In this document: piece after piece, positions 1 through 8,962 of the stretch
Numbering within the stretch: position 1 is the stretch's first letter
How the letters are laid out: each line of letters begins with the position of its first letter
From: Polyangiales bacterium
GTDB taxonomy: Bacteria > Myxococcota_A > Polyangia > Polyangiales > Ga0077539
Direction of reading: 5' to 3'
DNA: 64,000 nucleotides
Assembly: GCA_044229975.1 (NCBI GenBank)
Contig: JBGARZ010000010.1
Coordinates: forward strand, 1-64,000
Position numbers and translations under genes: made by a program
Notes under the pieces: generated by a model
Told to the model about the DNA's origin: nothing
The model's input: only the letters and a program-made list of their open reading frames with translations
The model's database searches: none

Positions 1-69
1 AAGATTGTGCGGACGACGACGATGCTGGGGCTGGGGGGATGGCGTCGGTGAACGAGCGGGCTTCGGCAT
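1..69 (-). CDS. 5' end of a gene running off the left edge (MPKPARSPTPSPQPQHRRRPHNL...)
   Basis: ATG at 69 preceded by a GGAGGT Shine-Dalgarno on the minus strand; frame is open to the window edge. Confidence 0.4.
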   Translation of the reverse strand, partial: MPKPARSPTPSPQPQHRRRPHNL

Positions 70-264
70 GGCGGACCTCCGGGCCGCACAGTGGGAACGC
101 GCGCTTGACCCTGCGAGATGGCCCTGACCGGGTGCTTACGGAGCATCGACTCGATCAAGCTCTCGCCCAGATCGACGGGTGTACGAGGGCCGCCCTTGCG
201 GATCCGCCACGGGGGCTGGGCACAGTGTCGCGGTCCCGCACGGAGTTGCGCGACACTCGCGGGG

Positions 265-486
265 ATGGATGAAGGCGTCGCTCGACTGACCCGGGAGGAT
301 CTCTACGAGCTGGTCTGGGCGAAGCCCATGACCAAGCTGGCCGTGGAACTCGGCGTCCCCGCACCCAAGGTGGTCGAGGCGTGCGAACTGCTCGACGTAC
401 GCCGCCCGGGATCCGGCTACTGGACTCGGCTGACGTACGGGCAGCGTCCATCGCGTCCACCGCTCGGTCTGTCAGGCGACAGCTAA
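265..486 (+). CDS. small HTH-like hypothetical protein, possibly a truncated N-terminal domain
   Basis: [24 protein letters not shown]...RPGSGYW resembles a widespread HTH-like motif that is usually the N-terminus of longer proteins. Confidence 0.6.
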   Translation: MDEGVARLTREDLYELVWAKPMTKLAVELGVPAPKVVEACELLDVRRPGSGYWTRLTYGQRPSRPPLGLSGDS

Positions 487-958
487 ACTGGGTCTCCCGC
501 ACTTCGTGTGGAGCGGGTTGATCGGGCCGGATCACGACACACGTTGGGGGGGCCGTCGACCCCACACGCCTCCCGGCCGGCGCCTTCGGGGCCTTCGCGG
601 CGACACGCGCGCCCTTCGTCGCCGACCGCTTTGGCTGGCGCTCGGACCAGGACGGGATCGTGATGAGCAAGGCCGCGTACAGGTAGAACTCCGCGTCGCC
701 GCCCTCGTTGCCGAAGTACCCGGTGGCGCTGTACTCCATCGCTCCGAGGAGCGTCATCGTGGAGCCCTCACGCTGCCCGTTCGTCACCGCAGGAACGAGC
801 CAGTGGACGGCCTCGTCGGGCTCGTCGCGCGCGGCGGTCATCGCTACGGACGGTACCGTGGGGTGGGCGATGGGTCCATCACCGGACGAGGTTGGCATCG
901 GCCTGTTCGGTCGATATTCTTTACAAGTCGACCGTCGGAGGCAATTGTATTTGCCATC

Positions 959-1294
959 ATGCCCCGCACGACGACCCCGCCGCTGCCGTCGGTCGAGCGC
1001 CTGCTCCAGGCGCTGGGCGGCAACATCCGTCTGGCGCGCCTTCGTCGGAAGCTCTCGGCGTCGCTCGTCGCCGAGCGCGCCGGGATGTCCCGGCCAACGC
1101 TGCGCGCCATCGAGCGCGGCGAGCCCGGCGTCACGCTCGGCGCGGTCGCCAACGTGCTGCACTCGCTCGGGCTCGAGAAGGACCTCGGCCTCGTCGGCCG
1201 CGACGATGAGCTCGGTCGCAAGCTCCAGGACGCGGAGCTGGAGACGAGGCCGCGCGCCCCGCGCTCCCAACCGGGGCGAAGCCGTGGCGGTTGA
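959..1294 (+). CDS. XRE-family HTH antitoxin (HipB-like)
   Basis: [39 protein letters not shown]; overlaps the downstream hipA-like gene. Confidence 0.85.
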   Translation: MPRTTTPPLPSVERLLQALGGNIRLARLRRKLSASLVAERAGMSRPTLRAIERGEPGVTLGAVANVLHSLGLEKDLGLVGRDDELGRKLQDAELETRPRAPRSQPGRSRGG

Positions 1295-2546
1295 GCGTCG
1301 CTCGGTCGCGGTGTGGGCCGACTGGATCGGGCTCGGCGGCGCGACGCGGATGGGCGCCCTGCACGCCACGCCGACGCGAGGGAAGGAGGTCTTCTCCTTC
1401 GAATACGACCGCGCCTGGCTTGCGGCTGGGCACGCGCAGGAGCTCGATCCGGCGCTGCGGCTCCACCGCGGCCCGCAGTACCTGTCGGAGGGGAGGGAGA
1501 ACTTCGGGTTGTTCCTCGACTCGTCGCCCGACCGGTGGGGCCGCGTTCTCCTGCAACGACGCGAGGCGCAACTCGCCCGAGAGGACCAGCGCAAGCCGAG
1601 GCGGCTCTTCGAACTCGACTACCTGCTCGGCGTGTACGACGGCCATCGCATGGGCGCCCTGCGCTTCCGCGTCGACGACGGGCCGTTCCTCGACGACAAC
1701 ACCGCGCTCGCTTCACCACCGTGGACGTCGCTCCGCGAGCTCGAACAGGCGAGCCTCCACCTGGAGCGAGACGGAGTCGAGAACGACCGTCGCTACGGCA
1801 AGTGGCTGCGCATGCTGATCGCGCCCGGGCGTTCGCTCGGCGGTGCGCGTCCCAAGGCCAGCGTGCTCGACGAGAAGGGGCACCTGTGGATCGCGAAGTT
1901 TCCGAGCGAGCGAGACGCGCACGACATCGGAGCCTGGGAGAGCATCGTGCACACGCTCGCCGTGCGCGCAGGAGTGACCACCACCGAGGCGCGCTGCCAG
2001 CGCTTCGGGAGCCGACATCACACGTTCCTGACCCGTCGTTTCGATCGGACAGTCGACGGTGAGCGCATCCACTTCGCCTCGGCGATGACGATGCTCGAGC
2101 GGAGCGACGGGGAGGAAGGCGCGAGCTACCTCGACCTCGCGGGCTTCCTGATCCAGAAGGGCGCGAACGTCGCCCGCGACCTCGAGGAGTTGTGGCGGCG
2201 CATGGTGTTCTTCATCTGCGTGTCCAACGTCGACGACCACCTGCGCAACCACGGCTTCGTGCTGGGTTCTGCGGGGTGGACGCTCGCGCCGGCGTACGAC
2301 ATGAACCCGGTCGCGACGGGAGGCGGGCTCAGCCTCAACCTCTCGGAGGACGACAACGCCCAGGACCTGGCGCTAGCGCGTGACGTCGCAAGACACTTCC
2401 GGGTGAAGGCCGCGAGGTCGGACGAGATCATCCGCGAGGTGACCGTCGCCGTGCGGGCGTGGCGAACGGTGGCGACGACCGCGGGGATCTCACGCGCCGA
2501 ACAGGAACGGATGGCGGACGCATTCCGGGTGGCCGACGAGGGGTGA
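1284..2546 (+). CDS. hipA: HipA-family kinase toxin
   Basis: N-terminal [21 protein letters not shown] coupling domain; [10 protein letters not shown]-loop; [11 protein letters not shown] catalytic motif; LAPAYDMNP. The GTG start at 1284 is inferred. Confidence 0.9.
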   Translation: MAVERRSVAVWADWIGLGGATRMGALHATPTRGKEVFSFEYDRAWLAAGHAQELDPALRLHRGPQYLSEGRENFGLFLDSSPDRWGRVLLQRREAQLAREDQRKPRRLFELDYLLGVYDGHRMGALRFRVDDGPFLDDNTALASPPWTSLRELEQASLHLERDGVENDRRYGKWLRMLIAPGRSLGGARPKASVLDEKGHLWIAKFPSERDAHDIGAWESIVHTLAVRAGVTTTEARCQRFGSRHHTFLTRRFDRTVDGERIHFASAMTMLERSDGEEGASYLDLAGFLIQKGANVARDLEELWRRMVFFICVSNVDDHLRNHGFVLGSAGWTLAPAYDMNPVATGGGLSLNLSEDDNAQDLALARDVARHFRVKAARSDEIIREVTVAVRAWRTVATTAGISRAEQERMADAFRVADEG

Positions 2547-2618
2547 ACTGTGCGTTGCGGAGCGAGTCGGCCGTCGCGCTCCTGGGTCTGCGCGGAGACT
2601 TCTTCATGGATGCAGTCG

Positions 2619-3041
2619 TCACTCCCCGCCGAGGTACACCTTCGCCGCGGTGGCGAAGCCCTGCTCGGGGGTGCAGAAGAAGTCCGCGGCGCCGTCCGGG
2701 AAGCAGAGCTCGTACTTCTCGTCGCTGTACTTGTAGAACCCGAGCGTCCATCGCTCGCGCTGGAAGTGGCGCAGGCGGCACAGGTGCGTGGGGACGTCGC
2801 GGAGCCGTTCGAGGCGCTGCTCGCGGGTCTCCCCGCCGAACGGCCGCCCCGAGGGGTCGGGCTCGGTGAAAGCATCCACGTAGCAGAACTGCCCGCGAAA
2901 GCGGACGTCGAGCCGTGTATAGCGCCCCGCGAAATGCTCCGCCGCGTAGGCTTCGAGCCGTCTCCGCACGTCCGTCTTGAGCGACTCGGGGATCTTCACG
3001 CCGCCCCCGTCCGGGTCGAACACCCACACCTTGCGCGCCAT
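2619..3041 (-). CDS. hypothetical protein (MARKVWVFDPDGGG...)
   Basis: 140-aa ORF with globular, aromatic-rich composition (RFRGQFCYVDAF, HLCRLRHF, FYKYSDEKYE). Confidence 0.7.
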   Translation of the reverse strand: MARKVWVFDPDGGGVKIPESLKTDVRRRLEAYAAEHFAGRYTRLDVRFRGQFCYVDAFTEPDPSGRPFGGETREQRLERLRDVPTHLCRLRHFQRERWTLGFYKYSDEKYELCFPDGAADFFCTPEQGFATAAKVYLGGE

Positions 3042-3312
3042 GAGCTCGCAGCCTCTTCGCGCTGCCCGGCAACGTCGAGCGGACGTTCGGTCGCCCGAGA
3101 TGCCTTCACGCGAGAGTCCTCCGCCACGTCCGCTCCGCGCCATTCCGCGCCTGCGATGCTCCAACCAGCGACGCGGGCGCGTCACCGCCGTTCGTCACGA
3201 GGACGCCTCCGCTTCGGGCCCCTCGGCGTCGGGCCCCTCGCAGTCGAGTGAGAACGCGAGCGCTCCATCGTCGCATTGGTACCCGATCGCCTCGTGCCCG
3301 CGCAGCCGCTTC

Positions 3313-3362
3313 GCGAACATCACTGCACGAGGTGCCCGGGCCCCTCGTGCAACGCTGCACGA
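3313..3362. promoter_or_regulatory. tandem palindromic operator sites (TCGTGCA-N4-TGCACGA family)
   Basis: TCGTGCAACGCTGCACGA at 3345-3362 plus a degenerate copy at 3313-3330, 32 bp apart. Confidence 0.55.
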
Positions 3363-3940
3363 TGCGGCGGCGTCTGCGGGGTGCGGGCCGGCAGCGGTCG
3401 ACGCGGTCGCGCAGCAGCCGATGTCCCGCGCTGCCAGCGAACCACCGCGGCGATCAAGATGGCCGCCAGCGGAAGGAGCGCCCATCCCGCACCGGCGAAA
3501 CCTCCCGCGACGCCCGCGGCGAGGGCCCAGCAGCAGATCCCGAGCAGGCACATTCGCAGCGATTCCCGTCCGAGCGCGTCGGTGCGCGGCGTCGCCCCCG
3601 ACCGGGCGTTCGAGCGGTACGGACCGTCCAAGCGCGACACGTCCTCGCGCTCGCGGAAGCGAGCGAAGGGAGGACCGTCGGCGTACCCCGCGGCGGGCGG
3701 ACGCAGCGCGACGAGGTATCGCACCAGGACGTAACCGACGACGAAGTGGGCGAAGGCCATGAGCACGGCCGCCGCGAAGACGCGAACGGCTTCCTGAGCG
3801 TTGGATGCAGGAACCTTCACGGACGCGACCAGGCGACCGACGGCCATGAGCAGACCGATCGCGCACGGGAGAGGGGTCACGGGGAAGCGAGCCGCGGACG
3901 CGAGCGGCGCTTCGTCGGAGTCGGGTGGGTGGTCGGACAT
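3320..3940 (-). CDS. hypothetical membrane protein, about 4 hydrophobic segments
   Basis: ATG at 3940 just downstream of a sigma54-type promoter; several hydrophobic stretches. Confidence 0.6.
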   Translation of the reverse strand: MSDHPPDSDEAPLASAARFPVTPLPCAIGLLMAVGRLVASVKVPASNAQEAVRVFAAAVLMAFAHFVVGYVLVRYLVALRPPAAGYADGPPFARFREREDVSRLDGPYRSNARSGATPRTDALGRESLRMCLLGICCWALAAGVAGGFAGAGWALLPLAAILIAAVVRWQRGTSAAARPRRPLPARTPQTPPHRAALHEGPGHLVQ

Positions 3941-3953
3941 GGCCCCGGCGAGA

Positions 3954-3969
3954 GGCAAACCGGAGTCCA
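3954..3969 (-). promoter_or_regulatory. sigma54 -24/-12 promoter
   Basis: minus strand TGGACTCCGGTTTGCC (GG-N10-GC, with TTGC). Confidence 0.65.
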
Positions 3970-4011
3970 CTGCGGCGCCGCGCGGTGGGGCGCGAGATCG
4001 ACGAGAGCACG

Positions 4012-4029
4012 TCGTGCAAGGACGCACGA
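4012..4029. promoter_or_regulatory. palindromic enhancer (UAS) site
   Basis: TCGTGCAAGGACGCACGA, 42 bp upstream of the sigma54 box ending at 3969. Confidence 0.65.
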
Positions 4030-4053
4030 CCCGCCCGCGTGAACCGGAGAGGC

Positions 4054-4084
4054 CTTGATACTTTCTTGATGCTCGCTGCTGATA
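4054..4084 (+). promoter_or_regulatory. direct repeat upstream of kup (OmpR/KdpE-type box?)
   Basis: CTTGAT at 4054 and 4065 (11-bp period), plus CTGAT at 4079; AT-rich patch. Confidence 0.4.
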
Positions 4085-4109
4085 CCGTGGCGGTACACCT
4101 CGCGCCGTC

Positions 4110-6074
4110 ATGACCCACGCCGCTTCGTCGCCGCCCGGCGCCCCCGCCCCTGCAGGCTCCGATCACGCTGCGGGCCACGGTCACGGACACGCACCGCACG
4201 GCTCGGGCGCCTTGATGAAGCTCGCGCTCGGGGCGCTCGGCGTCGTCTACGGCGACATCGGCACCTCGCCGCTCTACGCCGTGAAGGAGTGCTTCGCGCC
4301 CGGCCACGGCGTCGCGCCCACCGTCGAGAACGTCCTCGGCGTGCTCTCGCTCATCGTGTGGTCGCTGATCCTCGTGGTCGCGGTGAAGTACGTCTCGTTC
4401 ATCCTGCGCGCCGACAACCAGGGCGAGGGCGGGGTGCTCGCGCTGCTGGCGCTCGTGACGTCGCGGCCGGGCGCCGCCGCGCCCGACCGCACCCGCGCCC
4501 GCGCGGCGCTGGTGGTGCTGGGCCTCTTCGGCGCGGCCCTCCTCTACGGCGACGGGATCATCACCCCGGCCATCTCGGTGCTCTCCGCGGTCGAGGGCCT
4601 GGAGGTCGCCACCACCACCGTGCACCCCTTCATCGTGCCCATCACGGTGCTCATCCTGGTGGGGTTGTTCCTCGTGCAGAAGCGGGGCACCGCGGGCATC
4701 GGCTCGGTCTTCGGACCGGCGACGCTGCTGTGGTTCGTGAGCATCGCCGCGGCGGGCCTGCCGTGGATCGTGCGGCGCCCGGAGGTCCTCGGCGCCATCA
4801 GCCCGTTGCACGCGGTGCACTTCTTCCGCGAGCACCACGGTCACGGGTTCCTGCTGCTCGGGTCGGTGGTGCTGTGCATCACCGGCGGCGAGGCGCTCTA
4901 CGCCGACATGGGCCACTTCGGGCGAACGCCCATCCGCTGGGCCTGGTACGGCGTGGTGTTCCCGGCGCTGCTGCTCAACTACTTCGGGCAGGGCGCGGTG
5001 CTCCTCGCGCGCGGCGAGGCGGTGCGCGCCAACCCCTTCTTCGGTCTGCTCGACGGCTGGCTCGTCTACCCGATGGTGGCCGTCGCGACGGTCGCCACGG
5101 TGGTCGCCTCGCAGGCCCTCATCTCGGGCGCGTTCTCGCTCACGCAGCAGGCGGTGCAGCTCGGGTACTGCCCGCGCGTCACCATCGTGCACACCTCGGG
5201 CACCTCCGAGGGGCAGATCTACATCCCCGAGGTCAACCGCCTGCTGATGGTCGCGTGCATCGCGCTCGTGGTGATCTTCCGCGAGTCGTCGGCGCTCGCG
5301 GCGGCGTACGGCATCGCCGTCACCGGGACCATGAGCATCACCTCGGTGCTCTTCTACCAGCTCACCCGGCAGTGGGGGTGGGCGCCATGGAAGAGCCTCT
5401 CGCTGGTCACGCTCTTCCTCGCCCTCGACCTGTCGTTCCTGGGCGCCAACGTGGTGAAGATCACCGAGGGCGGCTGGCTGCCCCTGGTGATGGCGGCGGC
5501 CGTGTTCATGGTGATGACGACGTGGAAGGAGGGGCGGCGCACGCTGGGCCGCCACATCATCGCGAACACGCTCCCGACGGAGCTGTTCCTCGCCGACGTG
5601 CAGGGCACGCAGCCGCACCGGGTGAAGGGGACGGCGGTCTTCATGACCTCCAACCCCGACGGCGCGCCGCCGGTGCTGCTGCACCACTTCAAGCACAACA
5701 AGGTGCTGCACGAGCAGGTCATCCTGCTGTCGGTGCAGACGAAGCACGTGCCCGAGGTGCCCGCGGCGCACCGCCTCGCCGTGAAGGAGCTCGGGCAGGG
5801 CTTCTGGCAGGTGACGGCGACCTACGGCTTCATGGAGACGCCCAACGTCATCGAGTGCCTCACGCTCTGCAACGAGCTCGGGCTCAAGGTCGACCCGCAG
5901 ACGGCGAGCTTCTACCTGGGCCGCGAGACGCTCCTCACCTCGGGCCGCTCGCGCATGGCCCACTGGCGCAAGGCCCTCTTCGCGGTGCTGTCGCGCAACG
6001 CGCGGCCCGCCAACATGTTCTTCAACATCCCGCCCAACCGGGTCGTCGAGCTCGGCACCCAGATCGAGCTGTAG
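4110..6074 (+). CDS. kup: KUP/HAK/KT potassium transporter Kup
   Basis: GVVYGDIGTSPLY, ADNQGEGG, YGDGIITPAISVLSAVEG, GGEALYADMGHFG, GQIYIPEVN, RVVELGTQIEL. Confidence 0.97.
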   Translation: MTHAASSPPGAPAPAGSDHAAGHGHGHAPHGSGALMKLALGALGVVYGDIGTSPLYAVKECFAPGHGVAPTVENVLGVLSLIVWSLILVVAVKYVSFILRADNQGEGGVLALLALVTSRPGAAAPDRTRARAALVVLGLFGAALLYGDGIITPAISVLSAVEGLEVATTTVHPFIVPITVLILVGLFLVQKRGTAGIGSVFGPATLLWFVSIAAAGLPWIVRRPEVLGAISPLHAVHFFREHHGHGFLLLGSVVLCITGGEALYADMGHFGRTPIRWAWYGVVFPALLLNYFGQGAVLLARGEAVRANPFFGLLDGWLVYPMVAVATVATVVASQALISGAFSLTQQAVQLGYCPRVTIVHTSGTSEGQIYIPEVNRLLMVACIALVVIFRESSALAAAYGIAVTGTMSITSVLFYQLTRQWGWAPWKSLSLVTLFLALDLSFLGANVVKITEGGWLPLVMAAAVFMVMTTWKEGRRTLGRHIIANTLPTELFLADVQGTQPHRVKGTAVFMTSNPDGAPPVLLHHFKHNKVLHEQVILLSVQTKHVPEVPAAHRLAVKELGQGFWQVTATYGFMETPNVIECLTLCNELGLKVDPQTASFYLGRETLLTSGRSRMAHWRKALFAVLSRNARPANMFFNIPPNRVVELGTQIEL

Positions 6075-6106
6075 GCCGCGCGAAGGGCGCCGCGGGCGCG
6101 GCGGAC

Positions 6107-6290
6107 CGCCTCCCCCACCACCTCGCCGACGTCGCGGGCGTGTTGTTCTTTCTCCTCGGCGCCATGGCCGTCGTCGAGCTCATCGACGCGCACGGCGGGT
6201 TCGAGGCGGCGTGTGGTCGCCGATGGGCGACGTCACCGCGACGATGCTCTGGGCCGGCGGCCACGTGTCCGCGGGCGCCGTCGTCGTGGC
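6107..6290 (+). pseudogene. nhaD: internally deleted NhaD-family Na+/H+ antiporter relic
   Basis: HHLADVAGVLFFLLGAMAVVELIDAHGGF is joined, in another frame, to WSPMGDVTATMLWAGG; both are NhaD-like signature segments. Confidence 0.7.
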
Positions 6291-6350
6291 GCGTCGGTGG
6301 CGACGCCCGCGACCCGCCCGACGATCGCGTGGGGTCCTCCCCGACGCGCA

Positions 6351-6400
6351 TCGTGCAGCGCTGCACGACCGCCGCCCTCCCGTCATGCGCTGACGCCCGA
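6351..6400. promoter_or_regulatory. tandem palindromic UAS sites
   Basis: perfect TCGTGCAGCGCTGCACGA at 6351-6368 and degenerate TCATGCGCTGACGCCCGA at 6383-6400. Confidence 0.7.
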
Positions 6401-6442
6401 AGCCCTCCGATGGCACCGCACGGAAGTCGCAGGATTCTGCGT

Positions 6443-6458
6443 TGGTATCGGGCGTGCC
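6443..6458 (+). promoter_or_regulatory. sigma54 -24/-12 promoter of the regulatory operon
   Basis: TGGTATCGGGCGTGCC (GG-N10-GC), 42 bp downstream of the proximal UAS. Confidence 0.6.
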
Positions 6459-6470
6459 TAGCGGGAGTAC

Positions 6471-6722
6471 ATGGACCGTCGCCCGCCCCCCGCCGCGCCC
6501 CGTGACTTCGACCCCAGCAGCGCCGAGCTCGCGGTCTGGGGGCTGGTCTGGGTCGTGGTCACTCTGAAGGTGGTCGAGACGTTCATGGAGAAGGTGCCGT
6601 TCGGGGCGGGCGCGACGATCGCGTTGGTCCTCACCATCGGCCTGCCGATCATGCTGCTGCGCCACCTGCTGCGCGGCCGTCGCGTCGACGCGGACGGGCC
6701 GCCGGAAGCGCCCTACCGTTGA
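6471..6722 (+). CDS. small two-TM membrane protein heading the kdpD-like operon
   Basis: GGGAG RBS; 83 aa with two hydrophobic helices. Confidence 0.65.
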   Translation: MDRRPPPAAPRDFDPSSAELAVWGLVWVVVTLKVVETFMEKVPFGAGATIALVLTIGLPIMLLRHLLRGRRVDADGPPEAPYR

Positions 6723-6745
6723 CCCCGGAGAGGACCTGAGACCGC

Positions 6746-7897
6746 GTGCCGGATGCCCTCCTCGATGACATTCGCCGGTCCCGGCAGGGGCGGCTCAAGG
6801 TCTTCCTCGGCATGGCCGCGGGCGTCGGCAAGACCGTCGCGCTCCTGCGCGCGGCGCGGCGACTGCGCGAGGAGGGCCTCGACGTGGTGTGCGCCTACGT
6901 CGAGACCCACGGGCGCGCCGAGACCGACGCCGAGCTCGGCGACCTCCCGCTCGTTCCCCGCCGCACGCTCGTCTACCGCGGCGTCCCCTTCGAGGAGATG
7001 GACCTCGACGCCGTCCTCGCCCGCCGCCCCGACGTCGCGGTGGTGGACGAGCTCGCGCACACCAACGTCGAGGGCAGCCGCCACGAGAAGCGCCACGAGG
7101 ACGTCGAGGCGCTGCTGGACGCGGGCGTCAGCGTGCTCACCGCCCTCAACGTCCAGCACCTCGAAAGCCTCCACGACCTCGTGCTCCGCGCCACCGGCGT
7201 CGACGTGCGCGAGCGGGTGCCCGACCGCGTGCTCTGGCGCGCCGACGAGATCGTCGCCGTCGACGTCACCCCCGACGAGCTCCGCGAGCGGCTGCGCGCC
7301 GGCAAGGTCTACGCGCCCGCCAAGGTCGAGCGCGCCCTCCAGAGCTTCTTCCGCCCCGAGAACCTCGCCTCGCTCCGCCAGCTCGCGCTGCGCGAGGTCG
7401 CCAACGCCGTCGAGCAGCACGCCCGCACCCGGCCGCGCACCGCGCGCGAGGGTGACGCCCCGGCGACGCGGCCCGTCGCCGACGCCGAGCGGGTGATGGT
7501 CTCGATGTCGTCGATGCCGGGGGCGACCCGGCGCCTCCTTCGGCACGGGGCGCGCCTCGCGGGCGGGCTCAACAGCCGGTGGTTCGTGGTGTACGTCCGC
7601 ACGCCGGGCGAGTCGCCCGAGCGCATCGCGTCGCCCGTGCTGCGCGCGCTCACCGACAACATCCGCCTCGCCCGCGAGCTCGGCGCCGAGGTCGTGCGCC
7701 TCGAAGGCAACGACGTCGCCGCGGCCCTCTCGCGCTTCGCCGTCGAGCGCGGCATCACCCACGCGGTCTTCGGCCGCACCCAGCGGCCCATCTGGCACGA
7801 GCGCCTCTTCGGCTCGCTGCTGGAGCGCTTCATGCGCCTCGCGCCCGCCGTCGACGTCCTGGTCGTGGGCGCGACCGCCGAGGAGGACCCCTCATGA
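6746..7897 (+). CDS. kdpD: KdpD N-terminal sensor (KdpD + USP domains; no TM or kinase domain)
   Basis: GRLKVFLGMAAGVGKT, VDELAHTN, TALNVQHLESL, LRQLALREVA; USP-like C-terminal half. Confidence 0.92.
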   Translation: MPDALLDDIRRSRQGRLKVFLGMAAGVGKTVALLRAARRLREEGLDVVCAYVETHGRAETDAELGDLPLVPRRTLVYRGVPFEEMDLDAVLARRPDVAVVDELAHTNVEGSRHEKRHEDVEALLDAGVSVLTALNVQHLESLHDLVLRATGVDVRERVPDRVLWRADEIVAVDVTPDELRERLRAGKVYAPAKVERALQSFFRPENLASLRQLALREVANAVEQHARTRPRTAREGDAPATRPVADAERVMVSMSSMPGATRRLLRHGARLAGGLNSRWFVVYVRTPGESPERIASPVLRALTDNIRLARELGAEVVRLEGNDVAAALSRFAVERGITHAVFGRTQRPIWHERLFGSLLERFMRLAPAVDVLVVGATAEEDPS

Positions 7898-8952
7898 GTC
7901 GCAAGCTGCTGGTGGTGGAGCCCGACGCCGCGGGCCGCGTCCTGCTCGACCAGGTGCTCACGGCGGCGGGGTACACCGTCGAGGAGTTCGCCTCGGCGCA
8001 CGACGCCCGCATCCTGCTCGACGACGGGTTCTTCGACCTCGCCGTGGTCGACCAGTTCGGCGGCGACGGCGCCTCGCTGGAGGAGGTCGGCTTCCTGCGC
8101 GCGCACTTCCCGCGGCTGCCGCTCGTGGTGACGGGGACGATGCTCACGGCCCCCGCGCTGCTCGCCCTGCTGCGCCTCGGGGTGGCCGACGCCCTCCCGA
8201 AGCCCTTCACCCCCGACGAGCTGCGCGCCGCGGTCGGCCGGGCCCTGGCGCGCTCGAACCCCGACCGGGCCGACGCCCTCGACTTCGCCGCGGCCGTCGC
8301 GCTCGCGCGGCGCTCCGTGGCGACCGGCGACCTCGACGCGGCGGGGCGCGCGCTCGCCCGCGCCTGCGCCCGCTGCCCGCTCGACGCCGAGGTCGCCTCG
8401 CTACAGGCGCTGCGCGCCGAGCTGGGGGGCCGGGACGTCGAAGCGGCCCGCGCGTGGCGCGCCGCCTTCGCCTTGCGCGACGACGAGGGGGCCGACGCGC
8501 CCGACCCCCGCGAGGGCCTCGCCCGCCTCGACGCCTACCGCGGCGCGCGGCCGGTCGCCGCGCTCGGCCCGCAGTTCCGCGAAGCCCCGACCTACGTCGT
8601 GCTGGACCCGGCGCGCGAGCTCGGCGGCGGCCCCGACGCGTTCGACGGGCCGACCGTCGTGGCGATCCCGCTCTCGCTCGGCGCCGAGCCCGAAGCGGCG
8701 ACCCCCCACCTGCGGGAGCGGGGCGACCTCGCCTTCGCCCTGCTGCCCACCGACCTCCGGCCCGACCGCGCGGGGCCGCTGCTCGCCCGCCTCGGCGTCG
8801 GCCCGCTGCGCACCTGGGCGACGTCCCCCGGGGCGGCCCGCATCGTCGCCGAGCTCGCGGCCGCCCGCGACCACGCCCGCGCCGTGACGCTCTCCGACGA
8901 GCCCGCCCACCACGTTCACCGCCCCCGTCCGGGCGCGGTTGCGAGACAATGA
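7894..8952 (+). CDS. response regulator receiver protein with TPR-like helical region and unknown C-terminal domain
   Basis: KLLVVEPD...DLAVVD...ALPKPF REC motifs; ATGA overlap with the kdpD-like gene. Confidence 0.75.
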   Translation: MSRKLLVVEPDAAGRVLLDQVLTAAGYTVEEFASAHDARILLDDGFFDLAVVDQFGGDGASLEEVGFLRAHFPRLPLVVTGTMLTAPALLALLRLGVADALPKPFTPDELRAAVGRALARSNPDRADALDFAAAVALARRSVATGDLDAAGRALARACARCPLDAEVASLQALRAELGGRDVEAARAWRAAFALRDDEGADAPDPREGLARLDAYRGARPVAALGPQFREAPTYVVLDPARELGGGPDAFDGPTVVAIPLSLGAEPEAATPHLRERGDLAFALLPTDLRPDRAGPLLARLGVGPLRTWATSPGAARIVAELAAARDHARAVTLSDEPAHHVHRPRPGAVARQ

Positions 8953-8962
8953 GGTCGTGACG

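Noticed and set aside
490..900. Possible minus-strand ORF remnant ([22 protein letters not shown])
   Set aside because: No recognisable family and no clear start or stop; cannot be supported
920..950. TACAA...TTGTA inverted motif upstream of the hipB-like gene
   Set aside because: Plausible operator, but too short to distinguish from an AT-rich promoter
4089..4106. sigma54 promoter for kup (TGGCGG...CGC)
   Set aside because: GG-to-GC spacing is 11 rather than 10
3195..5963. 922-aa minus-strand ORF and many other long Arg/Ala/Gly-rich ORFs (e.g. 35799-39821, 13835-16441, 16216-18441, 10662-13217)
   Set aside because: Shadow frames of real genes, expected in very GC-rich DNA; no motifs and biased composition
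6411..6426. TGGCAC as an alternative sigma54 -24 box
   Set aside because: No GC at the -12 position; the 6443 site fits both the consensus and the 42-bp spacing
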